The notes under the pieces: model-generated
The model's input: the letters and a program-made list of their open reading frames with translations, nothing else
The model's database searches: none
Told to the model about the DNA's origin: nothing
IMG/VR virus record: IMGVR_UViG_3300020202_000040
Location: 1 to 42,725 of that record
DNA length: 42,725 nt
Reading direction: 5' to 3' (one strand)
From: a virus
Made by a program: the position numbers and the translations under genes
Part shown: piece after piece, positions 31,902-40,467 of the stretch
How the letters are laid out: each line of letters starts with the position of its first letter
Numbering within the stretch: the stretch's first letter is position 1

Positions 31902-31922
31902 GCAGAACAAGGAGGACACCGC

Positions 31923-32387
31923 TTGCCCATCGACCCGAACATCTACACCAACGAAGAGCTCCAGCAGGTCATCGCCGACGTGGGCATGTCCCGCATCGGC
32001 CCGACCGACTGGCACTGGGTGTTCCACTTCGAGCCCATTGACACCGGCAGCCGCAAGGGTTGGTTGGTGTGGGTGAGCTTCGACCGCGTGGATGTGAACA
32101 CCCGCGAGTTTGGCCGTGGTCGCGGCCGTGACGTGGTGGTTTGGTCCGGCACCGGCAAGAGCGGCATCATCAAGACGCTGTGGATGCAGGTGGAACTCGT
32201 GGTCAAGCACGAACTGTTCCATGCCTTCCACTACAAGGGACGCGAGTTGTTCGATCCACACGCGCCCGTTGATTCCCTGCACGGGATCAGCGGGCAGGCC
32301 ACCCACGACAGTTACCACCATTGGCAGAAGCCGACCCAGCCGCAGGGCATGGCGCGGGCTGTCGCTGCAACCGGCGAAATCGCCTAA
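31923..32387 (+). CDS. Hypothetical protein with an HExxH motif (154 aa)
   Basis: AAGGAGGA at 31909, TTG start; KHELFHAFH. Confidence 0.55.
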   Translation: MPIDPNIYTNEELQQVIADVGMSRIGPTDWHWVFHFEPIDTGSRKGWLVWVSFDRVDVNTREFGRGRGRDVVVWSGTGKSGIIKTLWMQVELVVKHELFHAFHYKGRELFDPHAPVDSLHGISGQATHDSYHHWQKPTQPQGMARAVAATGEIA

Positions 32388-32403
32388 CCCAAGGAAGGAC
32401 CCC

Positions 32404-32655
32404 ATGCTCGTACTCACAGTAGAGAAAGACGAATCAGTCCGCATTGGTGACAACCTGTACGTCCGCCGCCTTCGCGACGGGCGCTTGGGGTTCACTGCCC
32501 CGACTGGCGTGGTGATCCTGCGGGAGACGAACGACGACCGCCAGCACCCGCGTGGGACGTTCCCGAACCGCCCTGTCCCACCATCAGTCCAGCAGCAGCG
32601 TTCCGACGCCCTCGCCAAGACCGCCGGGGACATCGGGCGGGAGATTGGGCTTTGA
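32404..32655 (+). CDS. csrA: CsrA-like RNA-binding post-transcriptional regulator
   Basis: MLVLTVEKDESVRIGDNLYV...GFTAPTGVVILRE parallels CsrA [20 protein letters not shown]...IGVNAPKEVSVHREE; internal ATG of track ORF 32110-32655. Confidence 0.6.
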   Translation: MLVLTVEKDESVRIGDNLYVRRLRDGRLGFTAPTGVVILRETNDDRQHPRGTFPNRPVPPSVQQQRSDALAKTAGDIGREIGL

Positions 32656-32751
32656 CCCGCCGCGAACTCTGGCTGGCCCTTCTCTCGTGGCTGGCGATGT
32701 GCTGACCTCTCCCCCCGGCGGGACACCGCTGGGGTGGGTTTGGAGACGACG

Positions 32752-33660
32752 ATGATTGCGACCGCATCACAACTTGCCGAGGTTCACACCAGCGACCTCA
32801 TGGATGCTTGCCCCAAGCGGGTGCAGCTCCGCCACGAGGGCAAGATCATCGGTGAGACGCCCGGCGCTCTGTACCGCGGCCAACTCTTCCATGAGGCCGT
32901 CGCTGGTCTGTACCAGCGCAACAAGTGGGACCGACCCGCGTGTGAGGCCGCGATCCTCGCCGCTGCCCGCGTGGTGGCAGAGACGGCCAAGCGCGAGAAC
33001 CGCCCCTTTACCGAGGCCGTCGCGAACGGCGCGAGCACGCACCAGGCCGAAGTGCTGGACCTCGTGGTGCAGTACGCCGCCCGGTTCCACCCGATGCCGC
33101 AGGACAAGATCATCGGCTGTGAGCTGCCGATCCGGTGGACGATGGAGCACCCGTCGCTGCCAGAGCCGGTCAACTTCGCCAGTCACATCGACCTGTTGTT
33201 CCGCCGCGACACGCTGCTTTGCGTGTACGACTACAAGCTGAGGCAGGACGACCCGAGCAGGGCATTCCTTGCCCGCAACCCGCAACTCGGGCTGTACTGG
33301 CTCATGGTCCGCTACGGGCAGGTCTGCATCGACGTTGACGCGGATCTGTGGGTCGCCTTCGGAGAGTGGTCGGCGGTCGCGTGGGTTCACGCCCCGGCGC
33401 TGGCCCCGTACGGCAAGGCGTACACCAACACCCACACCGGCGAAGCGTTCAAGAAAGGCGACCTGCGCCCCGCCGACAAGGTGGTGCGGTGGTGCGGGTT
33501 CCATCCAGATCAGGAGGGCGCGTTGCGGGACGCCCTGGCGGAGCGTGTCGGCATGATGCGCGCTGGCTTCTTCCCGGCGATCCCGGACCCAGTTGGATGT
33601 GGTCTCTGTGAAGCATGGAAGCACTGTCCGCGTTACGACGCGATTGGAGGTGGCGAATGA
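32752..33660 (+). CDS. Cas4/RecB-family PD-(D/E)XK exonuclease with a 4-Cys cluster
   Basis: GGAG at 32742; N-terminal Cys (DACPKR) plus C-terminal CGLCEAWKHC; HIDLL...VYDYK nuclease motifs. Confidence 0.7.
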   Translation: MIATASQLAEVHTSDLMDACPKRVQLRHEGKIIGETPGALYRGQLFHEAVAGLYQRNKWDRPACEAAILAAARVVAETAKRENRPFTEAVANGASTHQAEVLDLVVQYAARFHPMPQDKIIGCELPIRWTMEHPSLPEPVNFASHIDLLFRRDTLLCVYDYKLRQDDPSRAFLARNPQLGLYWLMVRYGQVCIDVDADLWVAFGEWSAVAWVHAPALAPYGKAYTNTHTGEAFKKGDLRPADKVVRWCGFHPDQEGALRDALAERVGMMRAGFFPAIPDPVGCGLCEAWKHCPRYDAIGGGE

Positions 33661-34526
33661 AGGGTGGAGCAATGGTTCTCGCCAGTGGTATGGACCTGCG
33701 CGAGATGGGTTCGATGATGTGCGCGTCCGGGTTCTTCGCGGACACGCGGGAGGCGGCGCAGGCGGCGGTCAAGATTCAGGCCGGGGCCGAGCTGGGGTTC
33801 CCTCCCGTCGCCAGCATGGTCGGCGTGTACATCGTCAAGGGCAAGGTGAGCCTGTCCGCCAACCTCATGGCGGCGGCGATCAAGCGTTTTGACGGCGGGA
33901 AGTACAACTACCGCGTCCGCCAGCACACCCCCGAGGCGTGTGAGATTGAGTTCTACGAGCGTGGTGAGTCAGTGGGCCTGTCCACCTTCACCATCGCCGA
34001 CGCCCGCCGCGCCGGTACTCAGAACCTCGACAAGTACGCCCGCAACATGCTCTTTGCCCGCGCGATGAGCAACGGGGCCAAGTGGTTCTGCCCCGACGTT
34101 TTCGGTGGGCCGGTCTACACCCCCGAGGAGATGGGCGAGCCCGTCAACGAGGACGGGGAGATTGTGACCACGACGGCGACCCCGACCCTGCCACCCCCGG
34201 CACAGCGGGAGACACCGGCACTGCCTGAGGCCAACACCAACGGGAACGGTAAAGCCACCCCCGCCGGCCCCAAGGTGCAGCTCATGGAAACGGTCAAGGC
34301 GTGGTCGGGCTTTGCGACCGAGGACCTTCCGGGCGCGGTCAGGTCGTGCGCGGCGGCGGCGGGCGTCGAGATCAACGGCAAGATGACCAACCAGCAGGCG
34401 GAGTACGTGCAGGCGTGGGTTGACGAGCAGCGCGCGGCGGGTGCCAGGTTCATGGACGCCACCGCGAAGGACAACAAGCCCATTGACGTGGGCGACCTGT
34501 TGAAGCCGAGCGGAAGCCCGGCGTAG
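33657..34526 (+). CDS. RecT-like single-strand annealing protein (probable)
   Basis: ATGA overlap with the exonuclease gene; KIQAGAELGFPPVASMVGVYIVKGK...NMLFARAMSNGAKWFCPDV resembles RecT-family conserved blocks. Confidence 0.5.
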   Translation: MKGGAMVLASGMDLREMGSMMCASGFFADTREAAQAAVKIQAGAELGFPPVASMVGVYIVKGKVSLSANLMAAAIKRFDGGKYNYRVRQHTPEACEIEFYERGESVGLSTFTIADARRAGTQNLDKYARNMLFARAMSNGAKWFCPDVFGGPVYTPEEMGEPVNEDGEIVTTTATPTLPPPAQRETPALPEANTNGNGKATPAGPKVQLMETVKAWSGFATEDLPGAVRSCAAAAGVEINGKMTNQQAEYVQAWVDEQRAAGARFMDATAKDNKPIDVGDLLKPSGSPA

Positions 34527-34563
34527 GTGCAGGGGGCGTTCGAGGCCACTGCAAGTAAGTAGT

Positions 34564-34597
34564 CCCCGCGCCGGTGCGTTACCGGGCGGGGGCTTTG
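34564..34597 (+). terminator. Terminator-like hairpin
   Basis: CCCCGCGCCGG-tgcgtta-CCGGGCGGGGG followed by CTTTG. Confidence 0.45.
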
Positions 34598-34640
34598 CAG
34601 AAACACAACCGGGGCGTGCCCGGACGATTAGGAGCGACCA

Positions 34641-34913
34641 GTGAAGAACAAGGTTCCCAAGGTTACGAAGGTGTGCCCAGAGGACACCCTGCCGACGCCG
34701 CATCCGACCATCTACGCCGCATGGGAGGCGGGCGATCAGGACTTCTTTGCGAGCCCGGAGCTGGATGTTCTGTGGCAAGAGAACGACCTGCACGTTGATG
34801 TTCCGGTGCGCATCGGCGTCTACAAGCTGGTCGAGGTCCGCACAGTGGTTCACGAGTCCGTGACGCGGACACGACCGGCAAGGCCGAGCGACTTCACGGG
34901 CGAAGACAACTAA
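34641..34913 (+). CDS. Hypothetical protein (90 aa)
   Basis: AGGAG at 34629, GTG start. Confidence 0.55.
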   Translation: MKNKVPKVTKVCPEDTLPTPHPTIYAAWEAGDQDFFASPELDVLWQENDLHVDVPVRIGVYKLVEVRTVVHESVTRTRPARPSDFTGEDN

Positions 34914-34928
34914 CCAACTACTTCCACT

Positions 34929-34965
34929 CCGCCCCCGGCACGTCGCCGGTGGCGGGGTTTTCGGT
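34929..34965 (+). terminator. Rho-independent terminator
   Basis: CCGCCCCCGGC-acgtc-GCCGGTGGCGG stem (one mismatch) followed by GGTTTTCGG. Confidence 0.6.
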
Positions 34966-35004
34966 CACTTCGCAGCGGGTTCTTAGGACGGGACGGGTGT
35001 AAGC

Positions 35005-35799
35005 ATGGCAGGAAGCAGTTTCGACAATCTGACTGGGCTGGTCATCAAAGCGTGGGACGACGTGTTCGCCTACGCCGCGGTGGAACAGCTCCGCGAGGTC
35101 TCTTGGGGCAAGTTCCCGTGCTCCCGGAACGGTCAGACCTTTCTCGAGATGATGGCCTGCCGCGAGGGCCGGGACGCCTTCTGCGTGTTCGTCGGAGTGT
35201 GGCGCCTCGTTACCCGGTACAAAGCCGCCGGGATCTGCCACGTCCGCGGCCGATGGATCACCGCAGAGGACATCATTCGGGACACCGCCCTCCCCCGCAA
35301 GGTTGTGATCGACGGGTTCGTCTACCTGCGTGATGTGTCGCAGTGGTTGGCGATAGCCCCCAAATCGATTCTGGATCGATTCAAGATCGACCCCGCTTCG
35401 ATCCCAACTACAAAACCCTCTTTCTCTCTCTCTGACTCTGGTTCTGATTCTTCCGAAGGGGGTCCGGGGGAAACGCCCGCGATGCCGCCGGAGATCGACA
35501 CGCCCGCGTTCCGTGCGAAGTGGGACGAGTGGCTGGCCTACCGCCGCGAGAGAGGGCTGGGCAGGTACACGCCCCGGTCAGTGACGGCGAAGCTGAAAGC
35601 GTGCGCGAGCTGGGGTGAGGTACTGGCGATCCAGGCTATCGACGCGGCGATTGAACAGGGTTGGCAGGGGTTCTTCAGGCCGAAGGGGGCTCCCGATGGA
35701 CGTGGGAAGCAACGGGGCAGCGGAGCGGCTGACAGGCGGGCCGAGAAGGCAGGACGCGAGTATGACGAAGGCACCCTCAAACTCCCAATCCACCGATAA
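35005..35799 (+). CDS. Replication organiser/initiator-like protein
   Basis: Immediately precedes the DnaC-like loader; C-terminal FRAKWDEWLAYRRERG...AIQAIDAAIEQGWQGFF, a motif seen in phage replication-module proteins. Confidence 0.45.
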   Translation: MAGSSFDNLTGLVIKAWDDVFAYAAVEQLREVSWGKFPCSRNGQTFLEMMACREGRDAFCVFVGVWRLVTRYKAAGICHVRGRWITAEDIIRDTALPRKVVIDGFVYLRDVSQWLAIAPKSILDRFKIDPASIPTTKPSFSLSDSGSDSSEGGPGETPAMPPEIDTPAFRAKWDEWLAYRRERGLGRYTPRSVTAKLKACASWGEVLAIQAIDAAIEQGWQGFFRPKGAPDGRGKQRGSGAADRRAEKAGREYDEGTLKLPIHR

Positions 35800-36376
35800 C
35801 GCCGAGCGTTCGCGCCGGACGAAGCTGTGGCTGGACGCCGGGTTCTACAAGCGCCACACAGACGCCCTGCGCGGCAATCTGGCGTGGCCCCGCGACGACC
35901 TGTACATGCTGGGCCTGGAGGTGCTGGGTGATGGCGGGCTGGTGTGCATCCTCGGAAAGCGCGGCACCGGCAAGACGCAGATGGCCGCGTCGATGGCCCT
36001 GGCGCTGGCGCTGCACAAGGGCCTGCGGCCGAGCTACCAACGACTCTCGGACTACTTCGCGGCGGTCAAGCGGTCATTCGACACCAGCGAACGCGACCCC
36101 CGGCGCATGGCCGCGATGGTCCCGGTGCTGGTGTTAGACGAGTGCCAGGAGCGGTACGAATCGCAGTTCGAGGATCTGGAGCTGACCCGCCTGATCGACA
36201 CGCGGTACGGGGAGAAGCGGGCGACGGTGCTGATCGCCAACCTCAAGCCGGAGGAGTTGGCCGCGTCGATGGGGGCATCGGTGTCGAGCCGGATTCAGGA
36301 GTGCGGCGCCGTCATCGAGTGCAACTGGCCGAGCTACCGCGAGGCCAGGATGAGCAGCGGAAAGGGGGCCGCGTGA
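35762..36376 (+). CDS. DnaC/IstB-like AAA+ helicase loader
   Basis: Walker A GKRGTGKT, Walker B VLVLDE; internal ATG of track ORF 35615-36376. Confidence 0.75.
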   Translation: MTKAPSNSQSTDNAERSRRTKLWLDAGFYKRHTDALRGNLAWPRDDLYMLGLEVLGDGGLVCILGKRGTGKTQMAASMALALALHKGLRPSYQRLSDYFAAVKRSFDTSERDPRRMAAMVPVLVLDECQERYESQFEDLELTRLIDTRYGEKRATVLIANLKPEELAASMGASVSSRIQECGAVIECNWPSYREARMSSGKGAA

Positions 36377-36804
36377 AGGCCAGCACCCTCGACCTGCTCC
36401 GTCTCATGGGCACCGCCACGCAGTGGCGTCAGTTGTTCTCGGTGTTCAAGGTGGGGACCGAGCAGCGCCGCATCCTCTACCACCAGTACATCCAGTCCCG
36501 CGCCTGGGCGGGAAAGCGTGCCGCGGCGATGGCGCGGGCCGGCGGATGCTGCGAGCGGTGCGGGAACACTGAGGCCACCGAAGTCCACCACCGGACCTAT
36601 GCCCGCCTGGGTGATGAGACGGACGCGGACCTTGCCGCGATGTGCCGGCGGTGCCACACCCGCCAGCACGGAGCGGCGGCGGAGAACACCCGCGACATCG
36701 GGCGGGATGCAGCCGAGGCGCTGGAGTGGGTGGGGCTGAAGGGTCCGCGAGAGAACGAGCTAAAAGCCGAGAGCGGCCACACGCCACGGAGGGCTACGGC
36801 ATGA
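36373..36804 (+). CDS. HNH endonuclease-like protein
   Basis: GTGA overlap; CERCGNTEATEVHHRTY...DLAAMCRRCHTRQH. Confidence 0.65.
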   Translation: MKASTLDLLRLMGTATQWRQLFSVFKVGTEQRRILYHQYIQSRAWAGKRAAAMARAGGCCERCGNTEATEVHHRTYARLGDETDADLAAMCRRCHTRQHGAAAENTRDIGRDAAEALEWVGLKGPRENELKAESGHTPRRATA

Positions 36805-37058
36805 CCACGAACACACAAACGCCCGCAATTAGCGGGAAGGAGACTCAGATGCGAATGGATGAAGCGTTCCCAGTAGCAGTCCATCACCCGATCCCGGCGC
36901 AGCGGGCCGTGTCCATCACGCTGACCTCAGCGGAGTGGGAGATGGTCGCGTGCGACATGGGCATCGAGCACTGCATGCCCAACAACGTCGATGCGACGTT
37001 CCGATCTCTTGTGACTGCGAGCATCGAAACTCAACTGCGTGCGAAGGGGGTCCTGTGA
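36801..37058 (+). CDS. Hypothetical protein (85 aa)
   Basis: ATGA overlap. Confidence 0.55.
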   Translation: MTTNTQTPAISGKETQMRMDEAFPVAVHHPIPAQRAVSITLTSAEWEMVACDMGIEHCMPNNVDATFRSLVTASIETQLRAKGVL

Positions 37059-38176
37059 AGATCACCGCAGAAACCAAGCCCCTCATCGAAGCGGTGGCGT
37101 TCGCAGTTCGCATCGCCAAGAGCAAGTTCAGCCGGGTCCGCCCGATCTTTGGGTGCGTCAAGATCATCGCGGAGACGATGCAGCCACTTCGCCTGGAGGC
37201 GCACGGCGGCGAGATGTGGGCGTCCATCACGGTCGAGCAGGCGGTCAACGAGACACCCGGCATCGTCTGTGTTTCCGCCGAGCGTCTGCTGTTGGCCCTC
37301 AACAACTGCGCCAACGACCCGACAGTGGTGCTGGAGGAAGACGGCCCATGCCTGCACGTTCGCGGCGACCGCACGCGGACGGATCTTCGGACCTGCCCTG
37401 TGCAGGACTATCCGCCGCCCCTGGACATCGGCGAAGCCAAGGCGACAGTCGGGGTCAGGGCGTCGGAGTTTGAGTCAGCGCTTGCGAAGGTGTCTGGATT
37501 CCAGTCTCCCGAGACCTCGAACTACGCCATTGCGGGCGTGCTCGTCCGACGCAACGAGAGGAATCTCGCCGTAGTGGCCCACGATGGCGTCGGCATGGCA
37601 GAAGTCAAACTCACCATGCCAAAGGCGGCAGCCAAAGCCGAAGTCATCATGCACGCCGAGGCTGTACGAACCGCCCGCGAAGCGATGAAGCAGGTCGAGG
37701 GCGGAGTGTCTGTCGAGTGCGTGATCGGCACGAGTGGGGTCGCGATGACGGTCGGGACTGTGACATTCCACAGCTCGGGAGTTGAGGGTGCGTTCCCTTC
37801 CTACGAGGACCACATCCCCGGCAAGTCCGAGGCGTGGTTCGAGTGCAGCGGGGAGGACTTGGCCCGTGCCGTCCAATCCGCCACCACCATGCTGGAGGAC
37901 ACGAAGAAGGCGGTGCGGTTCACGCGCGAGAACGGGCACCTGAAGATCGAAGGGAACACGGCGGAGGTTGGGAGCTGCGAGTCGGTCGTGGACGCCAAGG
38001 CGAACGGCGGCGTGCCGAATGTGTTTGCAACAAGGCCGCGATACCTGCTGAGTGCTATCGACGGAGCTGGAACGGCCATTGTGCGGCTGGAAGTCGAGAG
38101 CTCGAAAAAGCCCTGTGTGATGCGGTCGGGCGACGGTTCATTCACCGCCGTGTGGGCACCGTTCGGCGCAGCCTAA
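37055..38176 (+). CDS. dnaN: DNA polymerase III beta sliding clamp homolog
   Basis: GTGA overlap; 373 aa with three-domain length; EGAFPSYEDHIP matches the clamp hallmark EG.FPDY..VIP. Confidence 0.75.
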   Translation: MKITAETKPLIEAVAFAVRIAKSKFSRVRPIFGCVKIIAETMQPLRLEAHGGEMWASITVEQAVNETPGIVCVSAERLLLALNNCANDPTVVLEEDGPCLHVRGDRTRTDLRTCPVQDYPPPLDIGEAKATVGVRASEFESALAKVSGFQSPETSNYAIAGVLVRRNERNLAVVAHDGVGMAEVKLTMPKAAAKAEVIMHAEAVRTAREAMKQVEGGVSVECVIGTSGVAMTVGTVTFHSSGVEGAFPSYEDHIPGKSEAWFECSGEDLARAVQSATTMLEDTKKAVRFTRENGHLKIEGNTAEVGSCESVVDAKANGGVPNVFATRPRYLLSAIDGAGTAIVRLEVESSKKPCVMRSGDGSFTAVWAPFGAA

Positions 38177-38199
38177 CCCCCTAACCCGGAGCCCCCAAG

Positions 38200-38547
38200 A
38201 TGAAGGGAAGTGACAGCGTGAGCAAGTTCGAGGACAAGCACGGCAACATCTGGGTGGTCCGCGAGTGCGAGCACGAAGAGGACTGCGTGGTTGTGGAGTC
38301 GTGGTATCCCAAGCCCATTATCCGAAACGCCGGGATCAAGAACGAGTTGGAGTCAATGGGCATGAGCGCGAACGCTGCTGCGGTTGTCGCAGACGGCATC
38401 CGTGAGCGGGACGCGACAGAGGAAGACGGTGCTCCCCGTGTTGGATTCCGCAAACTCAACGACTTCCACATCCCCCTGCACTCGCTCGGGGACCTGATCG
38501 AAGCACTCCGCCAGTACGACCGGGAGCAAGGAGCCCCCCATGCCTGA
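38200..38547 (+). CDS. Hypothetical protein (115 aa)
   Basis: ORF with GC-rich third positions. Confidence 0.6.
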   Translation: MKGSDSVSKFEDKHGNIWVVRECEHEEDCVVVESWYPKPIIRNAGIKNELESMGMSANAAAVVADGIRERDATEEDGAPRVGFRKLNDFHIPLHSLGDLIEALRQYDREQGAPHA

Positions 38548-38857
38548 CCCATCGACGGGGGTGAGGTACACGAGGGCTCAGTTGCAGGCCCTGGAACTGC
38601 TGGCTCGTGGCGGTGCGCGTTACGGAACCCGCATCGAGGAGATGCGCCAGTTGAAGGACATGGGCCTGTGCTACGCCCACGACAAGGGCGACGTCCGCAA
38701 GCCGGGGTCGTGGGGCTCACGCAAGAAGATCGGCCGGTGGACATGGCGACCGACCCCGGCAGGTTGGGACGCGATCAAGGCCGCTGGTTTCCTGTCCCCC
38801 ACCCCCACCGCAGCCGCCCGCATCCGCGCCCAGTGGGCAGAAGGAGAGAAGAAGTGA
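38540..38857 (+). CDS. Hypothetical protein (105 aa)
   Basis: AAGGAG at 38528; 8-nt overlap with the upstream gene. Confidence 0.6.
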   Translation: MPDPSTGVRYTRAQLQALELLARGGARYGTRIEEMRQLKDMGLCYAHDKGDVRKPGSWGSRKKIGRWTWRPTPAGWDAIKAAGFLSPTPTAAARIRAQWAEGEKK

Positions 38858-39246
38858 GCAAGACGACTCCGCTGATTCAGGCCGTTGCGATTGGTTCCGA
38901 GGGCTACGTCCTCACGTACCGGGAAGCGTTCACCGCCGCGTGGCACAAAGGGACGGGCCTGCCCGCCTTTGCCGCCCGCTGCACCGATGGCAAGTTCGAG
39001 CAATGCAAGGCGACGGCGGAGCGGATCGAGCGTGCGTGGAACTCTCACGACCTGCTGCTGGCCGCGTGCGAGTGCGAGGAGGCGTTCGTGCGCCACGCCT
39101 CTGGAGTTATGACATGGGAGCAGGTGGTGGACCTGCACCGCTCGCATGGTTACGCCGGCGACAGTGACACGAAGGGCGTGATTGACTTCAGCGAGGACCT
39201 CCGCCGCACCGCGCTCGCAGCGGCGGGGAAGGGGGTGCAACCTTGA
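38854..39246 (+). CDS. Hypothetical protein, partial Ead-like C-terminal motif
   Basis: GTGA overlap; RAWNSHDLLLAACECEEAF. Confidence 0.5.
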   Translation: MSKTTPLIQAVAIGSEGYVLTYREAFTAAWHKGTGLPAFAARCTDGKFEQCKATAERIERAWNSHDLLLAACECEEAFVRHASGVMTWEQVVDLHRSHGYAGDSDTKGVIDFSEDLRRTALAAAGKGVQP

Positions 39247-39446
39247 CCATGTACACCGAGACGATCGCGCGCGAGTGGAAGCCGCGCCGCGCTGAGTGGG
39301 AGCGTCAGTATTCCGCTGGATGGGCCGCGTGCCTCAACCGCGACGGATTCATTGGCGGCACGCTCCCGTTTGAGCGTGGGTACTTCGCGGCAATGTTGAA
39401 GATGGCAGACGACCAGCCCCCCGTGCAGAAGGAGAGCGAAGCGTGA
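39243..39446 (+). CDS. Hypothetical protein (67 aa)
   Basis: TTGA overlap (or ATG 39249). Confidence 0.5.
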   Translation: MTMYTETIAREWKPRRAEWERQYSAGWAACLNRDGFIGGTLPFERGYFAAMLKMADDQPPVQKESEA

Positions 39447-39718
39447 AGGACAGTGATCTGGACAGGTTGGAACAGGCACGCGGCAATGCGACAGCGGGTG
39501 AGTACACGGTGCGGCAGATTGCCCCCGACGCGGTGGTGATTGCGGCCGATGAGGGCGGGCTAGCAGCAGTGGCGCGGCTTGCCGTAACCAGCCGCCGGAA
39601 CGTGCGTGAGTGCAAAGACGACGCGGCGTACCTGGCGGCGTTGCACAACGCGGCCCCCGACCTGATCCGCCTCGCCCGCCTCGGGCTGTCTGCGAGCAAG
39701 GAAAGGAGCGAAGCGTGA
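39443..39718 (+). CDS. Ead/Ea22-like protein (paralog C)
   Basis: GTGA overlap; AAYLAALHNAAPDLIRLARLG. Confidence 0.5.
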   Translation: MKDSDLDRLEQARGNATAGEYTVRQIAPDAVVIAADEGGLAAVARLAVTSRRNVRECKDDAAYLAALHNAAPDLIRLARLGLSASKERSEA

Positions 39719-39960
39719 AAGAGCAAGCGATGAACGATGGTGGCGGAGCGTTCCCGTGGGACGGCGGACCGCTTGTGGAACGTGGCATGTCCCTCCGCGC
39801 GTGGCTCGCGGGGCAGGCGTTGAACGGGCTGCTGGCGGGGTTCTTCGCCAACAAGCACATCGGGGAAGTGAAGTACGACGTGACGGCTGACGCGGCGGTG
39901 AAGTTCGCCGACGCGACCCTCGCCCGCCTCGGCCTCGCGGCGAAGGGGGGTGGGGCTTGA
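39715..39960 (+). CDS. Hypothetical protein (81 aa)
   Basis: GTG 39715 (GTGA overlap) inside track ORF 39610-39960. Confidence 0.5.
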   Translation: MKEQAMNDGGGAFPWDGGPLVERGMSLRAWLAGQALNGLLAGFFANKHIGEVKYDVTADAAVKFADATLARLGLAAKGGGA

Positions 39961-40169
39961 GCAGCATCTTCTACGCTGTGGCAACCAAGCAATCCCGCGG
40001 CGAGTGGTATCCGTGGCGGAGTACGTTCGCCCCGGACCCGCACGGTGCACGGGCGCTCTACTGCACGCAGTACGGCACGTTCTGCCCAAAGGCGGACCTT
40101 GCGATCAAACGGTTCTATGTGAGCACCAAGCCCGCACCCCGAAAGGCGGTGACGAATGCCCCCCACTAA
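39957..40169 (+). CDS. Hypothetical protein (70 aa)
   Basis: TTGA overlap. Confidence 0.5.
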   Translation: MSSIFYAVATKQSRGEWYPWRSTFAPDPHGARALYCTQYGTFCPKADLAIKRFYVSTKPAPRKAVTNAPH

Positions 40170-40467
40170 CCCCACCCGCAGGCAGGCAGGGAAGCGGACG
40201 CCGAAGCCAGCTGTTGGCTGGATGGTGGACGAGAACAAAGGTCGTCCCTGGAAACTAGAACATGGCGACATCGCGTACCACGAGATTGCGGCCACCCGCG
40301 CAGACGCGACGAAGTTGGCTGACCGTACGTACCGCATGGTCCGCGTGCTGATCGTGGACCCCCGCCACTTCACCGTCGTCCCCAAGCCCACCCCATCGAC
40401 GCGGAGGAAGCCCACCCCCAAGCCCCGCGCGAAGAAGGCACAGGGCGGGAGGGGTGGGCGATGCTGA
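40156..40467 (+). CDS. Hypothetical protein with basic K/R/P-rich termini (103 aa)
   Basis: Overlaps both neighbours. Confidence 0.55.
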   Translation: MPPTNPTRRQAGKRTPKPAVGWMVDENKGRPWKLEHGDIAYHEIAATRADATKLADRTYRMVRVLIVDPRHFTVVPKPTPSTRRKPTPKPRAKKAQGGRGGRC

